Shown here piece by piece: positions 23,536 through 36,309 of a stretch of DNA of 44,213 nt. This DNA comes from Trypethelium eluteriae (taxonomy: Eukaryota), in the NCBI GenBank assembly GCA_051942245.1, contig JAVECL010000145.1, positions 1-44,213 on the forward strand. The letters run 5' to 3'. The notes under the pieces were generated by a model, which saw only the letters and a program-made list of their open reading frames with translations, was not told the origin of the DNA and did no database searches. Position 1 is the first letter of the stretch. Every line of letters starts with the position of its first letter. A program made the position numbers and the translations under genes.

Positions 23536-24242
23536 ATGGCATCGGTAGCATGACTGGGAACGTAAACATGCATACAAGGAATCTTAGACAAGACATTACG
23601 GATATGGTGGAGGAAGTCGAGAATGATGAGTTTTAATGGAGGGAGACAACCAAAAATGGAGAAATTGAGATCCGATGTGACACTCGAATGCTAACTGGCT
23701 ATATCTTTTCCTTTTCTACAAGATTGATGATTTTCTAATCCACCCGATTTCCGGACAGCTTCCTATGCTGGCCGACGACGATGATGATCTTAGCAGGCTC
23801 AATCATTGACGTATTACCTTATACTAATGATTTGAATTATTAACCAGGTAGATCAATACAGAAGACTTACTGCACACTTGCAGCTGATTCTCTTTCGCTA
23901 ATTATATTGCTGTCATCGCTTCCATGTTCCCTATAAAAGTATGATGTCGTCGTAATTTCCTATCGTCGCCATTGGCAGTATTAACTCGTCCTATCCACGG
24001 ACGCCATGCATATGCCCGGACCGTATTCATCCCGACTATACGCCTAAGCTCGCTCTCGTTCGAAAAGAAAGGGTATCGAACCCCTGCAAGGACGCGATAT
24101 ACGCCATCAGAGAAATACGTCATAAAGCGAAGAGGCTTTGGAACAACGCAACATTATCCTTCAAGGCCCGAAAATAGCGCCATCTATGCCCCGACATGAT
24201 TGGGAACTTTATGATTATGCGTCCTAAGAAGCCAGAATTTAC

Positions 24243-25970
24243 TCAATAGTACAATGAGGGGTCAAAGAAACGTTTGGTCGGACTCTTTTGCGTGGTGAAG
24301 GTAAGATTTCCGATATCGCACCAGTTGACGCCGTTGGTAGTGATGGGCTGCGAAAAAAGTTAGCCAAAGATCAAACGCAAACCCGAAGCTCGAAGGGTCG
24401 CAAGAAGATCCGACAAAAACTTACCAAGCAGCTCAAGTACTTGCACCAGACACACGACTTTCTGTATGTATAGAAATTATTCAACAGCACAATGAAGGCC
24501 ACCAAGGCGCCCACAAGCGCGATCGCCCGGATGAGCCACCACGCCCACCAGAGCGGTTTGCGCCCCTTGAAGAAGCCTATGGGATCCTTGAAGAAAGACT
24601 TCACCTCGTTGGCCGACGGAGCCGTGCGTGTTGCTCCTGCTCCGACATTCTCAGTGCTCGGTGCCCGCAGGTGCTGCGTTGAGCTGTCCGGATAGAACGG
24701 CGAGTACTCGCCTTGCCTGCCAATACGCTCGCGCAGCACGACTGGGGAGTGGAGGATGACAACGCCCAGCAGCAAACCCATGAGGAATCCGCCGATATGG
24801 CTGAAATTGTCCAGCCCGGGCAGGAGGCCCAGCACGAAGGAGATGACGACGTCGAGGAGGATGAGGGAGAGGTCTTTGATTGGGGTGCGGCGCTCGCGCC
24901 AGGTGTAGAGGAGGTCGAGCAGTTCGAGGGCGAGGATGCCGAAGAGGGCGCCGGAGCAGCCGGTCGAGGCGATGCCGTTCGGGGCGAAGTTGCCGCCGAG
25001 GATGAAGCCGAAGATGCCGCTGGCGAGGTAGACGAGGAGGAAGCGCAGCGAGCCGATCGATTTTTCCATGTCCCGGCCGAGCGTCATCTGGAGGAGCAGG
25101 TTGAATCCGATGTGGATGATGCCGGCGTGGAGGAAGATGGGGATGATGAAGCGGAACCACTGATTGGGTGCGGGCTTGTCGTCGAGACTGCCTCCTGGGT
25201 GAGGATTGGGTACGCCGGAGAAGCCACAGAGCTCGGAGAGAGAGCATTCTGGTGCTGGATTGACGGATGTGGTGTTAGGGCAAGGAAAGCTGAGTGGGGT
25301 GTCGGAAAGTGTATTATCTTGAACTCCGGGTGTGTTCCGCATACAAGGCACGTATCTTGCACCCATATTGATCAGGACATAAGGTGAGGGACCGATCATG
25401 GGGTTGAACTGAGGGTGTATCTCAATAGGTGAATGGGTGAGGGTCCCTATAGGGCATGATCAGCTGTCGTTTTAACATTCTCGAAAGGCTATACAAGAGC
25501 TCACCATTCTTGATGATTTCAACAAGGAACACAATGAGCTGCACGATGGTAAAGAAATAGACGACCCATGTTATCTTGCCCCCAAATAACCGCTCCTTCC
25601 AAGTTCTCTTTCCGCGATCCCGAGAGAGCCTTCTTACGGCATGCAGTTGACCCTCAGAATCATTCATGTAGTGCTGTACTTTCGGATCGTCCATATTTGG
25701 TTGTGACGGCTTCAGTGGTACAGCATTCTGATCTGTAAACGGGTCTGATGTGTGATCTCCAAGGGCTCCTCCGTTATACCGTGTGGAGTTGGGTATGCTC
25801 GATCTTCGAGATGAGTTGTATGTGGAATATGGCTGATCTGCAAAGGCGGATGCGACGGGCGAGACTGGCGCGCCGTAATGATCTTGTTGAGGCCTGGTCG
25901 AGGGTGGGGCGTTTTGGTGATGCGTGTATTCAGATGCGTATGGGGCGTTGTAATAGTCGTTAGCTGCCAT
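24243..25970 (-). CDS. Rhomboid-family intramembrane serine protease, ~530 aa, 3 exons
   Basis: Exons 25970-25505, 25446-24425, 24347-24243. FNPMIGPS, PNQWFRFIIPIFLHAGIIHIGFN, catalytic GCSG and DNFSHIGGF, CVWCKYLSCLP. Confidence 0.93.
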
Positions 25971-27056
25971 CGTGGCAACCAGCAGTCGCTATGACGGCAA
26001 CCCGAAGGAAAGGAACAAGGATGCCAACTGTGATCGCTGTGCAGGGCCGGATGGGTTATAAGAAGTGTAAATAGCGAGTGTTGGATTCCGGCTCCAGGCG
26101 CACGGTGGTGGGTGTGGGAGTATCAAGACAAAGAGTCTTCAGACGACGAAACAGATTGACGGAACGTTAAACGAGAGACGATGAAGCCGAAGCAATCGAC
26201 GGATGGGAGTTCGATGATAAGTACAGGGTAGAGGCACGGAGAAGTCCTGTGCAGGTTCGAGGTGGGTAGACTAAGGTTCGGATATTCTTAGACACAGGCA
26301 TGACCGGGCAGCAGGGCTGGCCGTACCTGAACTGACGCACTGTGGCTGAGTCGACCGGAAACGAACATGACACCGGCCTTGCCACAAGCTGCGCTCCCAC
26401 CGCTCCCATCCCCCACCTGTTAACTATTACCGGGTCGTGTTCACCTAGCCGCAATAGGAGACTGTACAACAAACAAAAGGCTGGATAGTCGTCATCTCCT
26501 GCCGCGTCACTGAACTGCCCCACTATCGAATGCGCACTCAACTGGCGTAAGCCATGATCTTCTCATCATTGTCTAGCACTGCAAATACTTCACATTAACC
26601 ACTTAGGTACTTTTTCACTATCCTCAAAAATGTTTCTCTTCCGTCCGCGCTAAAGCGTGGACACAAAATTCCGAGGGACTTCTTAACACCGCTTCCACTA
26701 TCCGAAACATTCTCCTCATAAGACAATCAAGTTCATGAATAATTCAAGCGTCGGTCCTAATCCGATTCCTTCCTCAATTCATTGTCATTGGGTTAACGAG
26801 AGACAGAGTCAAATCCAGCCATCCGACTGTCATATGCATTAGTCCTATGGGTCAACATAAGCTATGTGCGGCAAGACACACCAGCTCTACGAAAAGAGGT
26901 GGTTACGCCGTTTCCGTCAAAATCTGGACATCCACCAGGTTCGATATATGACCGGATAGAAAAGCCAAAATCCACTCTCTATCTTCAGGATTCGATCCGC
27001 ACCGAAGAATCATGTTGTGACTGCTGTGCCAGCGGTGACGGCACTGATGCCATTAT

Positions 27057-27380
27057 CTAAGAAGTATGCTGTAGCGTTGGTAAGTGAATATCATTACCAA
27101 AACCCCGGTTGTCATTCATCTGTTGGCCCTTGATGCAGGCGAGCAATGTATGCGCCACGCTCACTAAGTACCATGGAAGCCATATAGTGGCAAGCGCTAA
27201 GAACAGAGCAGAAAGAGTCAACATGAAGAAGTTGAGAATAAACTTCTCCCCTGGTGTCATGACATAAAGTCCCAGAGTGACCTCGTAACGATAATGCCAC
27301 AGATACAAGTGGTGTGCATAGTGGTTCACTCTCGACTTGATGGTATTCAACAATTCATGGAGTTCTAATCTCGATACCAT
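27057..27380 (-). CDS. Serine palmitoyltransferase small-subunit-like protein, ~107 aa
   Basis: YRYEVTLGLYVMTPGEKFILNFFML followed by a hydrophobic stretch, characteristic of the SPT small-subunit family; first in-frame ATG at 27380. Confidence 0.7.
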   Translation of the reverse strand: MVSRLELHELLNTIKSRVNHYAHHLYLWHYRYEVTLGLYVMTPGEKFILNFFMLTLSALFLALATIWLPWYLVSVAHTLLACIKGQQMNDNRGFGNDIHLPTLQHTS

Positions 27381-28205
27381 ATCGATACTTGGACGCTGCC
27401 AAGAGTGAGATGCCAAGGAAACCTTCTGGACAAATATCGCTGAAAACAAAATTCGGACGACGATAGCAATGGCACGGGAAAGAACATGCAGCTAGATGGA
27501 AAGCTTTTGCAACGAATTTGACGGCTGAGTCTTGAGAGGATAGATTCGGATGGCTTTTATTTTACACTTCACCGGTCCGTGCCATCTGTAAAGGTATCTT
27601 ACTAAGGACAAGGGAACTCTCGGCGTGCTGCCTCGAGTGGATACTCTTCGACTATCGGAGATATCTGAGCAGACAGACCCACGCTGTTTATTTCAGATCG
27701 AGTAGTAGACACGGGGCTCATGCAAGCATTATGCTTGATAATGTCAAAATTGCGATGACCTTGCATCTGTATGCATGAAGGTTAGCAGCGCGGATTGGTC
27801 CGGAGGCACACCGTCTGATAGGACTTTTCATCTTTTCAGGTCATCAGTACAATGTTCCTCGTTAATTAGTTCCGAGATAGCCGATTTGTTTCTCCTGACT
27901 ACCGTGAACATTGAGTTACCCTCGCTCTTTCTGATGACCATCAAGCAGACTCTAAACTTGTTGCTGAGCTTTGTTTTATTCGTCTAACATCGGAAACCTA
28001 ATGTCAAGACGTATCGCTGTTTTAAGATGGGGTTTTGTAGGAGAGGCTGATATCTTTCAGCCCTGATGAAGTAGGGAAGGTACGGAGTCTCTACTTTAAA
28101 TGGTTTGGCACGCAAGGATACGCAGCGGAGTCCTCCGATTTCCGAAGATCCGCCGAAGCCTGTAAAATCACGTGATGTCATCTTGCCGCTCTGGGCCGAT
28201 ATAGT

Positions 28206-28233
28206 GACGCGAGTTCATCGCGTCCGACGCGCG
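28206..28233. promoter_or_regulatory. Cluster of MCB-like CGCG elements upstream of POL3
   Basis: GACGCGA, TCGCGT and GACGCGCGA within 28 bp, ~105-130 nt before the POL3 ATG; MBF regulation of replication genes is established in ascomycetes. Confidence 0.55.
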
Positions 28234-28337
28234 ACCTCGTTTACTTTTCATGTTCATTAAGTTGCCCCACCCCTTGACCACAACGCACACATTCCACCCT
28301 CATGTAAACGCCGTGTCTCGTACCAGGACTCTTCAAT

Positions 28338-31300
28338 ATGCCGAGTGTCACTCTAAATGGTTCGACGAAGCATGTCCTCACCGATTCGACGAACAAACGT
28401 ACCAATATTCAAACCTCCCCTCGAGCATCAAAGAAGCTTAAGACCGAGGCTATCTCCCCAGTCTCCACGCTTAAAGCACCACCTCGGGTCATCAGTGGAA
28501 GACGGATTGGGTCGAGTCAGCCCAAGAGCCAATTTGAAGAGGAAGTTCTCGAAAAGCTAACCCAGGATATCAACGGGTTGAAAGAAAACAATTCCGAAAC
28601 AGATCAACGCTGGGCGAGGCCGAAGTTAGATAGCTTCGATGAAAAGACGAATACATTATGCTTCCAACAAATTGATGTAGAAGCAGGGTCGCTAGACGGC
28701 GGCAAGACCACAGTCAAGCTGTTCGGCGTAACGGAGGTGTGTTACATCGTTAGTCGCCAGCGCATCTACTAATGAAGTGCAAATATATAGGAGGGTCATT
28801 CAGTCCTGTTGCACGTTACCGACTTCCTATCTTATTTCTACATTGCTGCTCCAATCTCCTTTACCAAGCATGACTGCGAGGGCTACAAAGTCTTCTTGGA
28901 GTCACGAGTTGCTGAACAGGAGTCTGTCATCCACTCGGTTCAAATGGTGATGAGGGAGAATGTTTTCGGATTTCAGGGAAATCAGAAAAGCCCATACTTA
29001 AAGATTACTATGACAGCTCCAAAGTACATGAATCAGGTCAGAGGTATGATCGAAGAAAACAACGCAAACTACAAGGGTTACTGGAATGGCATCGACAAAG
29101 TCTTGACATTTGATCATATCCTATACATCTTGCGCTTCATGATCGACTGCAAGGTACGTACGTCTGCTTCGTTGTAACTGGCTAAGATTTCTGATGATCG
29201 GAAAAGATCTCGGGCATGTCCTGGGTCGAAGTCCCTGCTGGCAAATTCAAGTTGCTTCCAGATCGAGATCGGCAATCGAATTGTCAAATTGAAGCACGCG
29301 TCCATTATCGAGACCTGATCGCGCATCCGACAGACGGAGAGTGGGCGAAGATGGCACCTCTACGTGTCCTTTCTTTCGATATCGAATGCGCTGGCCGCAA
29401 AGGTATCTTTCCTGACGCAGAAATAGATCCGGTGATTCAAATCGCCAACATCGTGACAAGATACGGAGAGGAAAAGCCGTTTGTTCGTAACGTGTTTTGC
29501 TTAAATTCCTGTAGTCCCATCGTGAGCACACAGATCTTCGAATACGACAAGGAGGAAAAGATGCTCATGGGCTGGAGGGACTTCCTCGAGGAGGTTGATC
29601 CGGACGTAATCATTGGCTACAACATTGCCAACTTCGACTTGACATATCTCTTGGACAGAGCAAGACAACTGAAATGCACACGCTTCCCGTACTGGTCGAG
29701 ATTAAGGAACACCATGTCCAAGGTCGAATCCTCAAAATTCTCCAGTAAACAGATGGGCAATCGCGAAAGTAAAGCTATAAACACGAACGGTCGAATCCAA
29801 CTTGACCTGCTTCAGCTTATACAGCGAGATCACCACTTACGAAGCTACACGCTCAACTCGGTTTGTGCACATTTTCTAAACGAACAGAAGGAAGATGTCC
29901 ATCATACCATGATTACGGAGCTGTTCAACGGGACACCGGAATCGCGTCGCCGTTTGGCCGTTTACTGTCTCAAGGATGCATACCTTCCGCAGCGTCTTAT
30001 GGATAAGTTGATGTGTCTCATCAACTACACTGAAATGGCAAGAGTTACGGGAGTACCTTTCAATTATCTGCTAGCAAGAGGACAGCAGGTTAGATTCATC
30101 AGCCAACTTTTCCGGAAAGCCTTAGAACAGCAACTTGTCATTCCACATTTCCATCGCAGCGATTCTTCAACCGATGAGCAGTACGAAGGCGCCACAGTCA
30201 TTGAACCCGTAAGAGGTTACTACGATGTTCCTGTCGCTACCCTTGACTTTGCATCTCTATACCCCAGCATTATGCAAGCGCACAACCTATGTTACACAAC
30301 ATTACTGAACAAAACGGCCGTGGATAAGCTCGGCTTGAAGAAGGATGAAGATTATATTGTGACTCCAAATAATGACATGTTCTGCACAAGCAAAGTTCGA
30401 AAAGGGCTTCTTTCACAGATCCTCGAAGAGCTTTTGGGCGCGCGGAAACGCGCAAAGAAGGAACTGGCGGTTGAAACAGACTTTTTCAAGAAAGCCGTCT
30501 TGAATGGGCGACAACTTGCCTTGAAGGTTAGCGCCAACAGTGTGTATGGTCTCACAGGTGCCACTGTTGGGAAACTTCCTTGCTTGGCTATTGCAAGTAG
30601 CACCACTAGTTACGGTCGACAAATGATTGAGAAGACCAAGGAGGAGGTGGAGCGGCAGTACACAATAGCCAATGGCTATAGTCATGATGCTCAAGTCATC
30701 TATGGTGATACCGACTCAGTGATGGTCAAATTTGGCCCCAACGATATTTCAAAATGCATGGAACTTGGTCAAGAAGCCGCCAACTTTGTCTCTACGAAAT
30801 TCATCAAGCCCATCAAGCTTGAGTTCGAGAAGGTATATTTTCCTTATCTTCTCATCAACAAAAAGAGGTACGCTGGCCTGTACTACACAAAGCCAACGCA
30901 ATGGGACAAGATGGACAGTAAGGGTATCGAGACCGTTAGAAGGGACAATTGTCGATTGGTACAAACAGTCATTGAAACCAGTCTCCGCATGTTGCTCATT
31001 GACCGCGACATTCAAGGAGCGCAAGAGTGAGTGCTACACGAAGGTTCCCCCTCTCTGAAACGCATCAAAACTGACATGTCCTTAGCTATGTCAAAGAAAC
31101 CATCGCCGACCTCCTCCAAAACAAAATCGACATGTCCAACCTCGTCATCACCAAAGCCCTCGCCAAATCCGACTACGCCGCCAAACAAGCCCACGTGGAG
31201 CTCGCCGAGCGCATGAAGAAACGCGACGCCGGCTCCGCACCCGCCCTCGGCGACCGGGTCGCGTACGTCATCGTCAAGGGCGCCGGCGACGCGCGCAACT

Positions 31301-31824
31301 ACGAGAAATCCGAGGACCCCATCTACGTGCTCGAGAACAACCTGCCCATCGACACCAAGTACTACCTCGACAACCAGCTCGCGAAACCGCTGGGACGTAT
31401 CTTCGAGCCCATCTTGGGAGAGAAGAAGGCGGGACAGCTGCTCACGGGCGAGCATACCCGCAGTATCTCCGTGGCGGCGCCGACGATGGGCGGGCTGATG
31501 AAGTTCGCGAAGAAGACGCAAACGTGTATGGGATGTAAGCGGCCCCTGAAAGGGTCAGTGGAGGCGGCCGGGGCGGTGTGTGAGGATTGTCGACCTAGGT
31601 TTGGCGAGCTGTATACGAAGACATTGGGGAAAGTGAGTGAGTTGGAAGTGCGGTTCGCAAGGCTGTGGACACAGTGTCAGCGGTGTCAGGGGAGTATGCA
31701 TTGTGAGGTGATTTGTAGCTCTCGAGACTGTCCGATTTTCTACATGCGGATGAAGGCGAAGAAGGATGTTGAGGATGCTGGCAAGGAGTTGGTCAGATTT
31801 GATCGGGATGCGACTATTTGGTAG
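28338..31824 (+). CDS. POL3: DNA polymerase delta catalytic subunit, ~1106 aa, 4 exons
   Basis: Exons 28338-28736, 28791-29153, 29207-31026, 31086-31824. Exo [18 protein letters not shown]; Pol [25 protein letters not shown]-terminal CysA/CysB (CMGC..CEDC; CQRC..CSSRDC). Confidence 0.98.
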
Positions 31825-32683
31825 TCTCATGTGAGAATGATGCTGGCTCCTTTTTGATTCGAAGTATTCCTATGTTGGGAGGATCTGGCGTGGCCTGCTG
31901 GCCCCGGAGTAATAGCCTTCTTATAAGCATCTGCATCATTTGGGAGGTCAAAAGATGTTTCTTCTGCACTGAGGCTAGTTAACAAGATAATACAAATAGG
32001 AAGGAAAACATCTTTCATGCACCAAGCCCCCTAACGGCATGTTCGCAAGCATCTTCTTCAAAATGGATTCAACAAGCCAGTGTAGATATTTGCCAGCTCG
32101 GGAGGCCCGAGTTCACCGCTGAATGACTATCGTGCCCAGTGATTTCTGAGACGTTCCAGCGAAAAATCAATTGATGCAAAGATCAGATGTAGGCCTGCAC
32201 AAGACATGAAACTGAACGAAGAGATTGTAACCAGAGGAAGTTAGAGAGTACAAATATGTTTATGTTTTCGAAATTTGATCCACACACGGACGCTCATGTC
32301 GTCCTAGTTCCCTGGAACCACACAGACCAATTTTTTTTGGATCATTTCGCGTGTATTGTAGGTGGTCCTGCAGACGTAATTTTGATATGATGTTATCTTT
32401 GGCTGAAAGCCTCGTCTACGAGCGCAAAAGCTTGGCACATTCAGCTCCGCATTTCGATCTTCATGCCAGCGTAAGCGTGGCCGATCACATCCCAACACCA
32501 CAAAGACTGATTTTCCTCAGGTGGGTGAGATAGCGCTGGTACATGACACTCCGCCGCGTTACGCAGCTGCGGCGCGTGTATGTGTGCATTTGGATGATGA
32601 GCTCATCTTCTAGCACGTTATCGTGCTCATCGATATTCTGAGGCCCACATTGTGCAAAGGCTGAACGGCAGGCCACATTCACA

Positions 32684-34753
32684 ATGTCTAATGAAACACC
32701 CAACTCGTTGCTCGAGGCTTTACCACCAGCAACTGACTACCTGACTTATTTGACAATCATTGAATATAATCTTACCCCGGAGAATCTACCCACGCTACAC
32801 GAAGTTCTACAGGATGTGACTCTGACAACAAACATTGGCTGGGACCTTATCCATTTACTTGTTCCTCTCTTGCCTGGCTCCGATAAATGTCTACAGGACA
32901 TAGCCAGACTGGGCAACCCACGGGAAGTGATTATCAAGGTGACTGAGTCGTTGAGACTGATCGACTTCGATACTGCCGAAGAGCAGGAAGAGAACGATGA
33001 TGAAGCAAAGAACGAGGCTTTGGCACGACAATCCTTGCGAACCGCTCCAGTTCCACACACAGATCAGAGCTCGCCAACTCAAGCTATCGAAACTCCTCCT
33101 GAGCCGTCTCTACAAGTTCTACAATTCATAGCTTTGCTATCAATGCTGAGTGTTTTACATCCACGCATAAAAACTAAATACCCCAGTCGCTTCCTTTCAA
33201 CGACTTTGCAGGCGATTCTGGCGACCTACTCCGGAGCTGGCACGTACATCGAGGAGATCACTCCCGCGGTGATTCAATTTATCAAAGCAATTTCAGGCAC
33301 CAAACGGCCGCATTTACCACCGAGGAGAAATACGAACCAGAACAATATCCTACTCGGAGAATCGGCCGCGCCCGATCCAGAAGGTTCTGCAGAGCCTCCT
33401 GATGACGATGAGCTGGCGATGCAGCGCCGATTATTACAGTCTTTCCTGACTCATTTTGTGGAAGAATATATGCTATCATTAGCATCAGCAGAAGATATTC
33501 CGGGCCTGGCACTATGCACTAGACTTCAAGAGCGCTTACACCCCGAATGGACCGTGCCAAATCGTCTTACGCTCTCTGAACAATTCTCAAAGGATCCAAA
33601 GCTGCTGCTGAGAACGACAATAATTGGTCAGATTGTTGCTTTGACACAAGACCTGGGGCTAGAGTTGCAGGACCTTTACAGTACTCTGACAGACAAAATG
33701 CCAGAGTCTACTGGGTATCGTGATGAAGAAGATGACCCTCCTTCCTCGGCGGCTGACATTCCCCTCTCACGGCGCGGAGCAGCTTTCCTACTCGCTGCAC
33801 GTCAGAGTGCACCAGTGCTCTACAACGAGTCCACAACAGCGCCAGCCATTTCCATTTTCCCCACCCACATTGAGATACTACAAAGCATCCTAGTGGCAGC
33901 TGACGCATCCGAATTTTCGACTGTTGGCTCCGAAACACCTGCGCTTCTCGACTGCCTGCTCGCTCTGGCCCTGCTCGCCCTGGAGAACAACCAAATTGGC
34001 GAGCCCGTCGATGACGAAGACTTCCACCAGTACCTCCAAAAGACGTCCCTGATATCCGCCAATTGCCCCTCTCCCAACATCCGATACCACGCCCACTACC
34101 TCACCTCCACCATCCTACGCTCCCACCCGTCCGACCAAGTCCGCCTCGCCTTCATCCGCGACACCCTCGAGCACTGCCCCTTCGAGAACCTCAAAGCCAG
34201 CGCCGTCAGCTGGCTCAAAGGCGAACTCCTCGAGGCCAACTCCCCGCTCCCCAACCCCACCGTCGACGGCGCCGCGCCATCGCCCGCGCTCTCGAGAGTC
34301 GGCGAAGAAGCAGCGGTGGCGGCAGAGCAGGAGGAGGCGCCACCGCTGTTTGCGACGCCGATCGCGCTTGCGACGCTGTCGACGTATCTGTTTCCGGATC
34401 TTGTGCATGATCTGACGGGGCAGTCGCTCGGGGAGGCGTGGATGGCGTTCAAGCCGAATGTGCCGTTCTACTTGGCGACGTTGAATCTGTATCGCTTGTT
34501 GCTGGGTCATCGGCACCTGCGGGAGACATTGGATGTAGGCGCGCTGCATGTGCATAATGATATCGGGGGTAGCTATTTGTGGCCGTTGAAGCAGGCTTGT
34601 GAGATGTTTAAGAAGGATCTGGAGAGTGGAGGCGAGATTGCGAGGGAGGAGGGAGAATCGGGTACTGGGGTGGCAATAGGTGAAGTCTCGATTGTGCAGA
34701 TGGTGTTGGGAGAGGTTGAGGCTGGGGTATTGGAGCTCAACCAGACTAACTAG
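32684..34753 (+). CDS. YAP-binding/ALF4/glomulin family protein (Ybp1-like), 689 aa
   Basis: Single ORF with ALPPATDYLTYLTIIEYNL, IGWDL, IARLGNPRE, RIKTKYPSRFLS, FIRDTLEHCPFENLKASAVSWLK. Confidence 0.8.
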   Translation: MSNETPNSLLEALPPATDYLTYLTIIEYNLTPENLPTLHEVLQDVTLTTNIGWDLIHLLVPLLPGSDKCLQDIARLGNPREVIIKVTESLRLIDFDTAEEQEENDDEAKNEALARQSLRTAPVPHTDQSSPTQAIETPPEPSLQVLQFIALLSMLSVLHPRIKTKYPSRFLSTTLQAILATYSGAGTYIEEITPAVIQFIKAISGTKRPHLPPRRNTNQNNILLGESAAPDPEGSAEPPDDDELAMQRRLLQSFLTHFVEEYMLSLASAEDIPGLALCTRLQERLHPEWTVPNRLTLSEQFSKDPKLLLRTTIIGQIVALTQDLGLELQDLYSTLTDKMPESTGYRDEEDDPPSSAADIPLSRRGAAFLLAARQSAPVLYNESTTAPAISIFPTHIEILQSILVAADASEFSTVGSETPALLDCLLALALLALENNQIGEPVDDEDFHQYLQKTSLISANCPSPNIRYHAHYLTSTILRSHPSDQVRLAFIRDTLEHCPFENLKASAVSWLKGELLEANSPLPNPTVDGAAPSPALSRVGEEAAVAAEQEEAPPLFATPIALATLSTYLFPDLVHDLTGQSLGEAWMAFKPNVPFYLATLNLYRLLLGHRHLRETLDVGALHVHNDIGGSYLWPLKQACEMFKKDLESGGEIAREEGESGTGVAIGEVSIVQMVLGEVEAGVLELNQTN

Positions 34754-34862
34754 ACTGTTCCGTAAATCGGCGAACGGCAGATGTCTATGTGTCACGAAAC
34801 CTTTGCTAGCTCTCTTGATGGTATATACAAAGTATACACGGCTCACGCCGCGGAAGTTTCAA

Positions 34863-35457
34863 TTAGCTTGAGCCACCAACAATTTGCGTCGTTTGGTGAC
34901 ATGCTTCATTGCTGATGACATTGTATGGTAACGGAGTATCTCCGTCAAGCGGAATCTGGAGGCTCAGCGTAGTCTCGTCTGAAGGATAAGTCGTAATGTG
35001 TCCACCACCAGTCGTGTCTGCAGCTACGATTAAACTTGTGGCGCTTCCACCCAGGATCCAAGCTTCCGAGCTGCTATTGGTTGGGAGTGTGACGTGAGCC
35101 AATCCGGTGAGAAAGGCAACCAGCCTAGATGAAAGAGATCAGTTGTGCTTCTAGACATGTAGGTCTGGCTTTCCGAGACACTGACTGTAGTTTAGGTGCT
35201 TTGTGGGTGCCGCCATTGAACCGCGGAGGAATTACGGTATAGACTATCTCCGACGTATTGAATGGAAGTGTGGCAGCGCCAGTCGTGCCGGCATCTGTTG
35301 ACACTGAGAATGGTGTCGTAAACTCCCAGCATTCGAAAGCGGAGTTATTTGATTTGTCCGTCACAATCGCAGTAGCTGTTAAGAAATTACTATTGGCAGC
35401 GGCGGCAAAGGAGGAAGAAAGTCCCAGAAAGGATGCCAAAAAAATGAAAAGCATCAT
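34863..35457 (-). CDS. Small secreted protein, cupin-like fungal family, ~177 aa, 2 exons
   Basis: Exons 35457-35186 and 35124-34863; signal peptide MMLFIFLASFLGLSSSFAAA; SAFECW, HKAPKLQLVAFLTGLAHVTLP, LIVAADTTGGGHITTYPS. Confidence 0.75.
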
Positions 35458-35520
35458 ATGGTGGGAAGATGACTGCTCACGCGGGATGGCGGCGGCGAGA
35501 ATGTTTGGATCCGATTTGCT

Positions 35521-35528
35521 CTTATATA
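35521..35528 (-). promoter_or_regulatory. TATA box of the small secreted protein gene
   Basis: TATATAAG on the minus strand ~65 nt upstream of ATG 35457. Confidence 0.5.
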
Positions 35529-36309
35529 GGCTTTTGTCTAGCTAGTGTCACAGAGTCAAATACTTTGACTACCTTACCTAGCTGGGTGAACATTATCACA
35601 AGCGCTGACAGACCGGAGCTTCGGATCAGCTGAAAAATGTGTCAAAATTTGGCATGGTTAACCGTAAAATTTTGATTGCGATGACGTTGGCAACCCTTGA
35701 TCATATCCGATTAGCAATACAATTCAAGACGACGATTGCTTATCAGGAATTGCTAGAGAAAAGCACTCTGCCTCACTCTCAGATACCTAAATCGAGGTAA
35801 GCCAAGATGTTGCCGTCCTACAATCATCTAAAGAGGAATTGAGGGGTGTTACGGGTAAGAATCGAAATAGGTAACCACGCTTGCCCACAAGATAGGAAAG
35901 TGGAGTAAATTTCAGGAACAGGAATAGTGTTTGTCGAGCCTGGCCTGGGAACAGTGCGGCGGGTTCGAAATTTGAACACAACGGCCCAACGACTTCTACA
36001 TGATAAACATGCGGGATAGTGTACGCATTTTTGTTCTAAGCTTGGGCTAATTTCGTGTACTTGCCTAGCCTATCGGGGTCCCTGACATGGGTTGATTCTA
36101 TCGACAGGTACCCAACCCCTACCTTCTATGTCTCCTTCGTCTCGATCAAAGCCCATGCACAATTGCACATTGTAAGGCCGATTTTCACACAGTTATTGCG
36201 GTTTATTAGCACTTCCCCGATCCAGAAATTTCCTGATATATGCAAACAAGGGTACGTGAGCAATCCAAGCTTTACTGATTCTTCTAACCAAAAGCTTTGG
36301 GCACCGCTC

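Noticed and set aside
15486..27380. Lipid-modification cluster (Pfa3, pheromone, lipidated orphan, rhomboid, SPT subunit)
   Set aside because: Pfa3 palmitoylates rather than prenylates, none of the a-factor processing genes (RAM1, STE24, STE14, STE6) is here, and the neighbours are ordinary housekeeping genes.
27723..28176. Short palindromes CAAGCATTATGCTTG (27723-27737) and ATCACGTGAT (28167-28176)
   Set aside because: Single short motifs that can arise by chance in 44 kb; the E-box may be real but has no other support.
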